From Octopus sinensis (lineage: Eukaryota): a stretch of DNA of 64,000 nt. The notes under the pieces are model-generated. The model saw only the letters and a list, made by a program, of their open reading frames with translations. It ran no database searches and had not been told where the DNA came from. This document shows positions 1 to 13,104 of the stretch, in pieces. Positions within the stretch are counted from its first letter, which is position 1. Each line of letters opens with the position of its first letter. The position numbers were made by a program, and so were the translations under genes. The stretch is from NCBI RefSeq assembly GCF_006345805.1, contig NC_043020.1, positions 16,678,001-16,742,000 on the forward strand. Direction: 5' to 3'.

Positions 1-364
1 GTTTTTTCTTGTTCTTTCTCCCATTTTTTTTGGGTGTTTTTAAACTTTTATTGTGATATTCAACTGAAAGAAATAATCAACACCGCCATCATCTTTATTC
101 TCACCATCATCACCATCGCCATCATAATTTCCATTGTTTGCTTTGACATCGTAATCTTCAACTGTACTCCCACCTTCGCTGTCGTTCTCAATAACAATAT
201 GTTTTCACTTAAATCTGTATCACCAAAGCAAAATATAATATGGGTGGGTGTTCATGAATCTGTACAACCAAAATAATGCAGCGCGTATGTGTGCGTGCAT
301 GTATGTATATTGCTAAAACATTTTGTGTTTGCGTATGTTTTGTGTATCTGTATAATTGAAAAAA

Positions 365-377
365 TATAGTGAGTGTT

Positions 378-439
<62 letters not shown>

Positions 440-598
440 TTCTAGTGTGAGCATTTTTGTACACAAATACCCATTATAAATATAGTGGGAGTATTTGTGT
501 GTGTGTGTGTATATATATATATATAGAGAGAGAGAGGGGGGATTCTAGTGTGAGCATTTTTGTACACAAATACCCACTGTAAATATAGTGGGAGTATT

Positions 599-644
<46 letters not shown>

Positions 645-718
645 TTCTAGTGTGAACATTTTTGTACACAAATACCCATTGTAAATATAGTGGGAGTAAT
701 TGTGTGTGTATGTGTGTG

Positions 719-751
<33 letters not shown>

Positions 752-1090
752 GAAAGAGAGAGAGAGATTCTAGTGTGCGCATTTTTGTACACAAATACCC
801 ACTGTAAATATAGTGTGAGTATATGTGTATCTACATAAGTAAAATAATAGTGTGGGTGTTTAGGTATTTATGTAAATAAAACAATATCGTGTGGGTATTT
901 GTGTATCTATATCATTAAAATAATCAATGTGTGTTTGTATATCTATATAACTAAAATAACAGTGTGAGGACATTTGTGTATCTATATGACTAAAATAATA
1001 AGATGTGAGCATTTGTATGTCTATATAAGTAAAATTATAATGTGAAGTGTTTATGTATCTATATAATTAGTATGGGTTTTTGTATATCTA
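365..1090. repeat. Compound minisatellite (~103-123 bp units) grading into a degenerate ~50 bp array
   Basis: GATTCTAGTGTGAGCATTTTTGTACACAAATACCCA... starts at 438, 541, 643 and 766. Each unit ends in (GT)n(AT)n(AG)n. Confidence 0.85.
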
Positions 1091-1094
1091 TATC

Positions 1095-1325
1095 ATCATC
1101 ATCATCATCATCATTAACGTCCGCTTTCCATGCTAGCATGGGTTGGACGGTTCAACTGGGGTCTGGGGAGCCCGAAGGCTGCACCAGGCCAGTCAGATCT
1201 GGCAGTGTTTCTACAGCTGGATGCCCTTCCTAACGCCAACCACTCCGAGAGTGTAGTGGGTGATTTTATGTGCCACCGACACAGGTGCCAGACGAGGCTG
1301 GCAGACGGCCACGCTCGGATGGTGT
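1095..1325 (-). mobile_element. SINE family D ((GAT)n-tailed, GGATGCCCTTCC core), 5'-truncated
   Basis: catcatcatcattaacgtccgctttccatgctagcatgggttggacgg...ggatgcccttcctaacgccaaccactcc. Same family as 5445-5935. Confidence 0.8.
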
Positions 1326-1752
1326 TTAAAATAATTGGTGTGTGTGTGTATTTGTATATCTATATCACTACAATAGTGTCTGGTATATGTAAATTGTGCG
1401 TGAAAGTCAAACTATGTTTGACCTTGAAAAATATTTTCTTCCTTATAAGTAAAACTGTATCTGGAGAACACATGATGATACTGTGAGTTTAGTTGTGTTG
1501 TTGAAACACTACATTTTCTTATGTTAAAAGTTAAAACACAGTTTTGCATCCTATGACATGAAGGGAAGGGAATACTACAAAAAGTGTGTGGGCATGTATG
1601 TGTATCTATATATATATATGCATATATACATATATATATATATATATATGTGTATGTGTATGTGTGTGTATATATATGTATATATACATATATACATATA
1701 TATATATATGCATATATACATATATATATATGTATGTGTATGTGTGTGTATA

Positions 1753-1783
<31 letters not shown>

Positions 1784-1873
1784 GCATATATACATATATA
1801 TATGTGTATGTGTGTGTATATATATGTATATATACATATATGTATATATACATATATATATATACATATATAC

Positions 1874-1918
<45 letters not shown>

Positions 1919-1972
1919 ATGTGTATGTGTGTGTGTATATATATGTATATATACATATATAATATATGCATA

Positions 1973-2003
<31 letters not shown>

Positions 2004-2096
2004 ATATATGTATATATATATATATATATGTGTATATCCGTCCAACCTTTGCTAGCGCGGAAAACGGATGTTAAACGATGATGATGATGATATGTG

Positions 2097-2143
<47 letters not shown>

Positions 2144-2439
2144 TATATATACACACAAACACACATTCACACACATCTGTTTTCTGAATAAATTGCACTT
2201 CATGTTTGAGGCTCTGATGAAACTGCAAGGTATACCTCAGACACTCAACTATGAATTCACTGCATCTTATGGAGGAAACAGTTGTAAGCTAATGGAATTC
2301 ATCATAAGATAATCTGTTATTCTTTCGTCATCTCTATTCTTATTACCACTCTGTACCCAACTAACGTTTTATTCAGAAGCATACATATATTGAGTTGTAC
2401 ACCAGTTTATTAATCCTTCAATGCCTAAGCAATATATGT

Positions 2440-2735
2440 GGAGGTACATGGCCTAGTGGTTAGAGCAGCAGGCTTGCGGTCAAGGGATTGCAGGTTCGAA
2501 TCTCAGACCGGGCGATGTGTGTGTTTATGAACGAAACACCTAAGCTCCACGCAGCTCCAGCAGAAAGTAATGGCAAACTTCTGCTGACTCTTTTACCACA
2601 ACTTTCTCTCACTCTTTCCTCCTGCATCTTGCAGCTCACCTGCGACGGACCAGTGTCCCATCCAGGTGGGGAACCTATACACCATGGAAACCGGAAAACC
2701 AGCCCTTATGAACCAGGCATGGCTCAAGAAAGAAC
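2440..2735 (+). mobile_element. tRNA-derived SINE family C
   Basis: A-box TGGCCTAGTGG and B-box GGTTCGAATCTC. Body similar to 22377-22757. Confidence 0.75.
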
Positions 2736-3422
2736 AAGCAAGCAATATATATATATATACACGCACAAGTATATATATATATTAAATATTGGAGAAAAAA
2801 ATGTGCATTTAGTTATAATCAAAATGGAGAAAAATTAATCTTGGGGAAAAACAAACTAATAGGGCAAGGAAAACAAATATATATATGTTTACATGTGTGT
2901 GTGTGGCCCTTCCTGCTGGCCACGGCTTTGTAGTCTCCATAGCAGCTGTCCATGTCATGTCTTACAGCTTTTAGTATTCATAGAGCATCAAGCAGCACTC
3001 ATGATGTTGGAATTTTGATACCTGGTGCGTACTACCATGATACAGGTAACTCTTTTCTAATATTCAGATGGCTTCCAGTCCTCCATGTTGGCTAACATTT
3101 TCTCAAATATACATTTAATCTTTATGCTCTCCAATGTTGTTGATTGTTCACCAATACATCAAGCTGTTCTTGAAAAATGGAAACGTAAAAATTTAGGCTG
3201 AACATCATATCAAAATTTAGCATGTTATATATATATTTTATTTTATTTGCTAAAGAAATCTGAAACCTAGGTATAACCGTAAAAAAATAACAAGATAAAA
3301 GTTTTTATTTTTCATTCCCTTCGAAAATTGCTCTTAAATGTGGTTTTGGTCGTTTTGACTGCTTCCTCTAGCATGTGAAAATTACCTATTAAAGTTAGTT
3401 TTCTCTTGTGTTTAAATGTACA

Positions 3423-3485
<63 letters not shown>

Positions 3486-3549
3486 CATACATACATTAAA
3501 GGCAGTGCTCCAGCATGGCCACAGTCAAATGACTGAAACAAGTAAAAGA

Positions 3550-3593
<44 letters not shown>

Positions 3594-4204
3594 CATTGTC
3601 ATCATCATGCATTGTCCATGCTGGCATGAGTTGGACAGTGTGACCAGAGCTGGCAAGCTGGGGTGGGGGCTGCACCAGACTCCAGTCTGATTTGACATGA
3701 TCTCTACAGCTGGATGCCCTTCCTAACGTTAACTACTTTACAGAGTGTGTTAAGTGCTTTTATGTGGCACCACCAGAAGAATCAGTCTTAACATTTCTGC
3801 TGTGGAGTACAGGTCTTCTTGAGTATGGCCAGGTACCTTGGTCTTCCGTCATCTCACCTGAAAGGTTCATAGGTTACTGTTCCGTTAAGGTAAGATCAAC
3901 ACAAAAAGTACTCCAGAGAGAGATAAATTTAATTTAGTGTACACAGTATAAAGATTAAAGCTACTAAGAGTTTCTTGTTTGGAGATGCAGGTCTAGGCAG
4001 GTTTTTATAATACACTTTGTGTTTCCAAGCAGTTTTCGGGCTCTGAATTTATGGTCTATTCAATTTGCAAATTGGGATACTGATATAAGAGAAATTATGA
4101 AAAGAAAACCAGAAGGTAGATGCAAAAAATGAAAGAGTGAATGAAAGCGGAAAAAGAAAAGAAAAGGAAGAAAATCAGAGTTATGTCCTGTTTGACCATG
4201 AAGC

Positions 4205-4672
4205 CATAATTAAGCTAGATTGGTGAATGCAATTGTCTTCCCAATAGCAACATATGGATGCAAGGCCTGGACACTAAAGAAAGCTGACCAGAAGAGAATT
4301 AATGCATTCAAGCTTTGGTGTTGGAGAAAACTTTTACGGATTCCATGGACAGCGAGGCTCACCAATGGAGAAGTTCTTAAGCAGATCAGGCCAAAAATGT
4401 CGCTAGAAGCTAGGATCACCAAGCATAGATTGGCATATTTCGGTCATATTATGTGGAGAAAATCCCTAGAGAAGGACATCATGCTCGGAATGGTCAGTGG
4501 CAAGAGAGGAAGAGGCCGACCGAGAACCCGCTGGCTTGACACCATCAAGAGTGATACCGGAATGGACATAGCCAATCTGAAAGAAGCGGCCCAGGATAGA
4601 ACTGACTGGAGGACACTGATCCATCGAGTAACCGAAAGTCGACTTCGGCTGAGCGGATAGATAGATAGATAG
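4205..4672 (+). mobile_element. RTE-clade LINE 3' end (RT C-terminus) with (GATA)n tail, 5'-truncated
   Basis: ORF 4220-4660 (IVFPIATYGCKAWTLKKAD...RLAYFGHIMWRKSLEKDIMLG...GRGRPRTRWLD) is the typical RTE/BovB-like RT C-terminal region. Uninterrupted frame. Confidence 0.9.
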
Positions 4673-4755
4673 AATACTCTATTGGAGAGGAAATACAAAG
4701 TCTGCAAGAAAACTGCTCACAGTTATCTGTGGACTTAGAAAGAATTCATTTATAT

Positions 4756-4800
<45 letters not shown>

Positions 4801-5123
4801 TATATATATATACACATATATATATACACATATATATATACACATATATATATACACATATATATACACACATATATATACACATATATATATACACATA
4901 TATATATACACATATATATATACACATATATATACACACATATATATACACACATATATATATACACATATATATATACACATATATATACACACATATA
5001 TATATACACATATATATATACACATATATATATACACATATATATATATACACACATATATATATATACACATATATATATACACACATATATATACACA
5101 CACACACACATATATATATATAT

Positions 5124-5157
<34 letters not shown>

Positions 5158-5444
5158 GTTATATCGTATATGCACTCTTATATTATAGCTCTAATTATTC
5201 CTCCCCCACCCCCAATTGTTTCCTCACTAGAGGCTGAAAAAAAAAAAAGAGGGCAGTGAGCTAGCAGAATTGTTATGACACTGGAGAAAATGCTTAGCAC
5301 CAATTCTCCTGGCTTTACATTCTGAGTTCAAATCCCACTGAGGCGAATATTGCCTTTCGTCCTTCTGGGGTCAGTGTAATCAACTTGCTTCCACTCCCAA
5401 AACTTCACACCTTATGCCTATAGTAGAAAGGATTATTATTATTA

Positions 5445-5935
5445 GAAGACCCGGCAGGACAAGTGAGACCATAACCCATGGCCTCAGTCCACTTATGCAT
5501 ACCTTTCCTTCTTGGGACACAAAACTCTACTTGTGAAGACCTGTTGAGGCAAGTGAAAATATAAAAAAAAAAAAATCAGAATCAAAATCGATCAACATCA
5601 ATGGAAATTGTAGCTGTGATACCAGTGCTGGTGGCACATAAGAGAACCATCCGAACGTGGCCGTTGCCACCGCCGCCCCGACTGGCTTCCGTGCCGGTGG
5701 CACGTAAAAAGCACCATCTGATCGTGGCCGTTGCCAGCCTCGCCTGGCCTCTGTGCTGGTGGCACGTAAAAAGCACCCACTACACTCATGGAGTGGTTGG
5801 CGTTTGGAAGGGCATCCAGCCGTAGAAACATTGCCAGATCAGACTGGGCCTGGTGCAGCCTTCTGGCTTCCCAGACCCCAGTTGCACCGTCCAACCCATG
5901 CCAGCATGGAAAGCGGACGCTAAACGATGATGATG
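5445..5935 (+). mobile_element. SINE family D, long copy
   Basis: Internal GTGCTGGTGGCAC repeats, GGAAGGGCATCCAGC core and GATGATGAT tail. About 18 other partial copies occur in the window (e.g. 3590, 18765, 19130, 30420, 39885, 43100, 44820, 46090, 51900, 56790, 57990). Confidence 0.8.
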
Positions 5936-5945
5936 ATTATTATTA

Positions 5946-6150
5946 AGGTGGTGAGCTGGTAGAATCGTTAGCACGCTGGACAAAATGCTTTGCCGTATTT
6001 CGCCCATCACTACATTCTGAGGTTGACTTTGCCTTTCATCCTTTCAGGGTCGATTAAATAATTACCAGTTATGCACTGGGGTCAATGTAATCGACTAGTC
6101 CCCTCCCCTAAATTTGAGGCCATGTGCTTCCGGTAGAAAGGATTATTATT
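5946..6150 (+). mobile_element. tRNA-derived SINE family B
   Basis: ggtggtgagctggtagaatcgttagcacg...ttgactttgcctttcatcctttcagggtcg. Confidence 0.75.
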
Positions 6151-6570
6151 ATTATTATAGCTTTGGTGGCGGTGGCAGCGGTAAGCTTAGTAACAAGTTG
6201 GGCGTGCCTCAGACATTAAACTAGTACAATTAACTTTTAATGAAATTTTCATTTTTTGTTTTTTTTGCTTTTGTTTTTTGCGTTTTTTTTTTTGCAAATT
6301 GTTTTGTTTAACTTAGGTATGTAATGTTTTACATGTTTTTCAGATTATGTTTTATATGAGCTTTTAATCATTATCAATGATTAACGTATTTTTAACCATC
6401 ATTTCTCTACCTCTTCCTACTCCTCCTCTTCTTCATCATCATCATCATCATCAGATAACTTACTGCCAACAAGCAAAGAGCCATCACACACTCTAAAATT
6501 CTGTATTGCTTGTTTACTTCACACCAACAATAAATAAACACATTTGATAGCAGCAGCAATAATAATAATA

Positions 6571-6601
<31 letters not shown>

Positions 6602-8423
6602 AAATGATAATGATAATAAAGTGTTTCTTAATACAAATATTATTACTAATTGATAAGAGATATGTCTACTAAATTGACTGTAGTTGTTGAGCTTAGAAAT
6701 ATTTTATCAATCATTGGAAATGTTTTTTTTATTCAATTTTTTTCCTCATTAATTTGTGTGTATGTGTGTGTGTGTGTGTGTGGTTGCGTTTATCTATAAG
6801 TGTATGTGTGTGTGGTATATTCCAGCTACTAAGCAAACATATAAATAATAGAAGAAGAGTGTTTCATGTTTTATTTATTTATTTCCGTATTACATTTCTA
6901 GCTTTATGTTGTTGTTGTTGTTGTCCTATTTCAACCTGTAAAACTGTCAATCATAGTAATCTGCTGTAATAATTTCACCTTTTACAACAATTTAGCTTTT
7001 AGATTTGATGACAGAACACAACTTCAATCACTGAACTAATAAATACCATCTCCTAAAACCGTATTTTATATCTGACATTCTCCATAAATCTCTGCAATAA
7101 ATGCTGTTGCTGTTGTTGTTGTTGTTGTTGTTGTTACTGCTATCGTTTATCTTTTCATTCTTGTCAGAATATAAACTTTTCTGGTTTCTTTGTTTATTTA
7201 TTGGTACATTTGTTGAGATATCAAACTGTAAAATAATCTCATCTTGCAATGGTAATGATTACAGTGATGATGGTGGTGACGGTGGTGGTGGTGGTGGTGG
7301 TCATCATTGTAGCAATGGCGATAGTGTTGGTGGTGAAATAGCAATTCACATAGAAGGAATCCTGTCTCACATGAGAACAATGGTAGTTGTAGTTGTGTAT
7401 GTGTGTTTACATCACTGCATCAACCAGGTTAACAGATGTTGTTATACATCACTGGTCATAATGCACATCCGTTTCTTTCTTGACTGTGGCAGTTGTCTTG
7501 GCTCTAATCATTTAACTAAATCATCTTTCCATCATCATCATGGAACCTTCTGAGTGGTCTTTTCTGATCTCTTGGATACCATTCAGCAAATGCACAGGTC
7601 TGTCTGTTCTCTGACATACTTACAGTATGTCTGGCTCAGCGGAGTTTGTGCTTTCATATCATATAGTTTACTCTGCTCCGTCCTCAAATTACCTCATTTC
7701 AGATATGTTCTTGCAATGATATTCCTAGCATGGATCTTTCTTTGGCCTTTTGCATCTTGGGTATCAAATATAACTGGGTGTGGAAGGGGAAGCAACAGTA
7801 CATACACGAGAAAGTCCAAAGAGAGAGAGAGTCCAGAGGAACTTTGACAAATTCAGAATCAGCCTGCAATGGTGAGTGCCTTCTCCCATTTGCATTTTCT
7901 GGGCTACTGATACATGCTAAATACAGGTTATTCACTGTATCTATCTCTGCTTGAAGAGTTTGGCCAAAGAGTGAAAAATCTCTTTATATTTCCAGTGGTG
8001 TCTACCATATGTATCAGCCAAAAAGATTAAAACCTGCCTGTCTATTCCAGCCAAAGGAACACAGGGGAAACAGTCTGCACAATGGTTTCAACTGTTGACC
8101 ATATCTGTCCTATACTCAACAGTAGCTGTTTAATGCCTTAGACTTCCCTTCATTCTATTATACCAACTATGTTTTAAGGTGACTTAAATTAAAACTTTCC
8201 ATCAAAATTTCATGGTAATTTATTCCAGACACCAGATTACTGAGCAACTGCATACACACAGGGTTTTTTATACACTATCTATAGAGTTCAATTACAACTG
8301 GTACTGTAGTATTGTCAGGCATTTGAACGTCTACTCAATGATCTCATCCAGGAGGGATGTATTCCACTGGTCAGGTGGTCTATCTGCTGCCAGCAGCTTC
8401 TGTATGGCAGGTTCAGTATGTCA

Positions 8424-8659
8424 GGGCGGCGAGGTAGCAGAAACGTTAGCACGCCGGGCAAAATGCTTAGCAGTATTTCGTCTGCCACTACATTCTGAGT
8501 TCAAATTCTGCCGAGGTCAACTTTGCCTTTCATTCTTTTGGGGTCGATAAATTAAGTACCAGTTACGCACTGGAGTCGATGTAATCGACTTAATCCCTTT
8601 GTCTGTCCTTGTTTGTCCCCCTCTGTGTTTAGCCCCTTGTAGGTAATAAAGAAATAGGT
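8424..8659 (+). mobile_element. SINE family B, full length, with 15-bp target-site duplication
   Basis: AGGTTCAGTATGTCA at 8409-8423 and 8656-8670. A-box-like GTAGCAGAAACG and B-box GAGTTCAAATTC. Confidence 0.9.
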
Positions 8660-9565
8660 TCAGTATGTCATAGTTGACAATGTGTAGACATATGTTAAGG
8701 CTGCAACATCCATACTGATATCAAATTAGCTAGCAGATATGGTCCTCTTTTTGTCAAGTAAATCACTCTACACTTCTTTTCCATAGAGTTGGCTCAAGCA
8801 AAGTTCAATTCAAACTGGTGATATGGTATTGTCATATCAGGAATTTTCAAGGTTTCTGGTTTGAAAGTTCACCCAAATAAATCAGCCAGTTAACTGAAGC
8901 TTACCATTTCACTGAGAATATCATCACCCTACCCAACCACAAGAAAATCTAATGTGGGGGTTTCACTGGTCACATGTCCCAACTGTTTGAAGTTTGTGAA
9001 CACCTGGCAGTATTCTAGATGCCAGACATACTTGGTCTTTACTTGACCCAACACTGTAGAAAAGAACTGTGAAATGATTTACTTGACAAAAGATAGGACC
9101 ATAACTGCTAGCTATCCAGATATCTGCATGGATGTTACAGCCTTAAATCCTTATCACATGTCAATATATTGTCAACCAGGACATACTGAGCCAGCCATAC
9201 AGAAGTTGTTGGCAGCAGACATCCCACCTGACCAGTGGGATGCAGTATCCCTTTCAGATGAAATCAATGAACAGATGCTCTGATACTCCAATAAGGGAAG
9301 ACAAAAACTGAGGCAAGACATGGCAACCAGAAAGTAATATACTATGGAGGTGATGTGTATTCTCACCAGGTCTGCCCAACATTTTGGGGATAGCTTCCAC
9401 AGGACTCATTTCATGATGCAACTAGCCACCCGTCCCACTCATAATTTTATCCCATTTCCTGTTTACCTAGTGGAGGTTTGGACCGAACCAAACTTATGTA
9501 ACTGAACTGAACCATCAGTCCTGCATCCTATCACACTGGCTTGCATGGACTTGCTTCTCTAGGTC

Positions 9566-9861
9566 TTGAGCTGCAAGGTCCTGATCTGCAAGGTCCTGAG
9601 CTGCAAGGTCCTGAGTTGCAAGGTCCTGAGCTGCAAGGTCCTGAGCTGCAGGGTCCTGAGCTGCAAGGTCCTGAGCTGCAAGGTCCTGAGCTGCAAGGTC
9701 CTGAGCTGCAAGGTCCTGAGCTGCAAGGTCCTGAGCTGCAAGGTCCTGAGCTGCAAGGTCCTGAGCTGCAAAGTCCTGAGCTGCAAGGTCCTGAGCTGCA
9801 AGGTCCTGAGCTGCAAGGTCCTGAGCTGCAAGGTCCTGAGCTGCAAGGTCCTGAGCTGCAA
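9566..9861. repeat. 15-bp minisatellite (CTGAGCTGCAAGGTC) x ~20
   Basis: Near-perfect tandem array. Explains the GPELQ, SCKVL and LQLRT repeat ORFs. Confidence 0.95.
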
Positions 9862-10065
9862 GCTCATTGACTTGGGGTAATTTTTGCTTCTGTTCTTCTA
9901 GAATGGTGCTGACTGTTTCAATGTCAGTTTTCCTTCCAACTACTCATCTAGCTGCCTGTCTATCATATTGTTGTTTTTATTTGAGCCCATCATCAACAAC
10001 TGTCGTGTAACTGTCTACTTTTCTCTCTTGAACTCTCACTCATACTCCTTGGGCTCTCTTCCTTT

Positions 10066-10105
<40 letters not shown>

Positions 10106-10709
10106 ATTACTCCCTCTTCTCCATGAAGGTATCAAGCAGTGACAATGCAAAGAAGAGGGGAGTCTTCAGTCTTACTTGGGAATAAGACATTTCTGGTGCT
10201 GAGGAACTGGGACAGAGCAGACTCTTTAGTATTGCCAGGAACAAGACATCTTCTCTTGTCACAGTGCCATGATATAAAAATACAGCCGGTACATTTTGTA
10301 AAATGATTGATGATTGAAGGACATTCAGTCATAGAGACCATCCACGCCAATCTCCTTGCAAATAACCATCATGTGATCCTTGACCAGTCCAGGAGAGCAG
10401 TAGCTCGGCACAAAAATTGATTCAGACTGCGATTATCCATTCAACCCATGCCAGCACAGGAAAGCAAACAGACGATGATATATAAATAGATAGATGTGTT
10501 TTTACACATACATACACTCTCAAAACCTACACATTTGTACATATGCTTTCTCTTTCTTTCTCCCTCCGATCCCCCCCCTCTCTCTTTCTCTCTCACTCTC
10601 CATAACTGAACTTCAGTTTTACAATTTAGGAGAGACTGGTCTTCTTTTTTTCCATTATTTCTAAAATATATTTAGTTAATGCACTGACAAAAAAAAGCAT
10701 AAAAAATTT

Positions 10710-10753
<44 letters not shown>

Positions 10754-12206
10754 CATCATCATCGTCGTCATTATTATTATTAATATCAAACTCTCCTGAT
10801 ATAGTTTGCAAAGAGAGAGAGATAGAGAGAAGAAAATGGAGTTTTTTTCTTTTTTCATTTAGGTATGGTACACTAATAAATCTATTTTTACTTTTCCTGT
10901 TTAAATTTATTTTTGCCTCCTTTCCCCCTCTACACACACACATTTCCTTCATCTAACCAATACACAAACATGGCTATAATTGATCAACTTTTATAGCCCA
11001 CCACTGCCACAACTGCCAATACATAAAAAAAAAGGAAAATATCACACTTTGATGTTTTTATACTGCACATATTCCTCTTGGCATGATCTGTTCTCTCTCT
11101 CTCACTCTCTCTTTTCTCTCTCTCTACTTGAGCATTGCTGACACATGAGTTGCTTTTAAACACTATTAATGTAATAGACTTCTAGTGTTAGGTTTTTTTT
11201 GTTCTTTATTTTGTGTGTGTGTATGTGTTGTTGTTTTCCTTTTAATAATTTAAATTGAGAAGGATATGTAAATATCCATAGCCTTCCATACCCTCTCTTT
11301 TTCTCTTTTCTTTTTAATGTGGATGATCTGTTGGGTCCCATAGTGGTGAGCTTGATGTAGTTAATGTTCAGTTTGAGCTTCTGTATGTTGATATCTGCAA
11401 AAAATCTGACTTTGAGAGAGATTTTACACATTGGAACAAAAGTACTTTCGGAGATCCCTGAAGAGATGGGGGTTCCTCCTAAAGAACTAGAGATCTGTCA
11501 AGGTTCTTTATTATTTTTTTTTAACAAAGAGCTCATTACATATTCATGACTCCCGTTTATCCTTGACCCTTCCAATGTATTAGCTGAAACCCATCTTTTC
11601 TTGTAGGTTCCGAATGTCTGATTGTTGCTGATAAGATATAGACAGGAAGGTAATTCCAGAAGGTGGTTGTTCTGCGTTAGAAAGGGTTTTAGCACTGAAT
11701 TGAAGTTGAATTAGTCAGCCTTTGGCAGGGATGGCTTAGCCCTTTAACATGGAAACTGATCATTTCCAGCATAAATATTCTACCATTGTTTTATGTCCAA
11801 ACCAGCTAGATCTAGCTTCTCACACCTACCCTGCAATGTCATTATAAAAATAAACAATCATAACATTGAAATCTCAAAACTATTAAATAATATATGATTA
11901 ATTCAAAACAATGTGAATGAATAAACATTATATTTAACATGCTGAATCTCCCTGAGAACTATATGAAGGATACATGCATCTGTGGAGTGCTCAGCCACAT
12001 GCATGTTAATTTCACAAGCAGGCTCTTCTGTCGTTTGGATCAACTGGAACCCTCATCTTCATAACTGACGGAGCACCAGTTTTACAGGCAGTATGTTAAT
12101 GGTTGTAGTATGTTGGTATGTGAAAGTTGTTAGTCAAATGGTCAAAACTACTATGCCCATTTTTTTTTTTTAAATATAATCCAGAAAATTCATAAAGGGG
12201 TCTCTA

Positions 12207-12590
12207 GGTGCAGGCATGGCTGTGTGGTAAGAAGTTTGCTTCCCAATCACCTGGTTCCAAGTTCAGTCTCACTGTGTAGCACCTTGGGTGCGAGTGTTCT
12301 ACTATAGCCTTGGGTTTAAAAAAGCCTTGTGAGTGGATTTGGTAGATGGAAACTGAAAGAAACCTGTCGTGTGTATGTGTGTATGGCTTTGCATTTGTCC
12401 CCTACCATTGCTTGACAGCTAGTGTTGGTATGTTTGCATCACTGTAACTTAGCAGTTCAGCGAAAGAGATTGATAGAATAAGTACTAGGCTTTAAAAAAA
12501 AGTACGGGGACTGGTTCATTCAATTAAGAATGCTTCAAGGTGGTGCCCCAGCATGGCCACAGTCTAATGACTGAAACAAGTAAAAAATAA
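12207..12590 (+). mobile_element. tRNA-derived SINE family A (diverged copy)
   Basis: ggtgcaggcatggctgtgtgg (A-box) ... B-box-like agttcagtctc ... gactgaaacaagtaaaa tail. Confidence 0.8.
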
Positions 12591-13104
12591 AAAATATAAT
12601 TAATCCAGTACTGAACTGGCACTTCATTTATTGACCCTGAGAGGAGGATAGGCAAAGTTGACTTCAACAGAATCTAAACTGAGGGTGCCAAAGTTGGAAC
12701 AAATACTGCAATGTATTATATATGATACAGTGGAATGCTGGTTTATGAATTTAATTTGTTCCAAAATCTTCATAAACCAAAATTATTTTTTCACTCAGGA
12801 AATTCAAGAGACAAGGCACAGTGAACTTGAGCAGAAATGTGCACTGATTGAAAGCTAGATAGCAACTGACGCTTTCAGGCTGTTACTCCAAGCTTGTCAC
12901 AAACCTTTGTTGCCAGCTTGCGTGTTCATTATTCCAGACACCATTCATCACGCCAGATGTTTTATGTTTATAAAAATGGTTTGTAAATCAATTAGTTCAT
13001 GAGAGGCATTCGTAAACCAAGGTTCTGTTATATTTTGATATTTTTGACACTTCACTGCCCATGTAGCAGCAAGCCCAACATAGATATAGATATCTGAGAG
13101 ATAT

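Noticed and set aside
9541-9880. GPELQ repeat ORF as a pentapeptide-repeat protein gene
   Set aside because: It is explained by a 15-bp minisatellite. No flanking domain and no credible start context.
11300-11700. GC-richer island with short ORFs on both strands
   Set aside because: No recognisable domain and no convincing splice pair.
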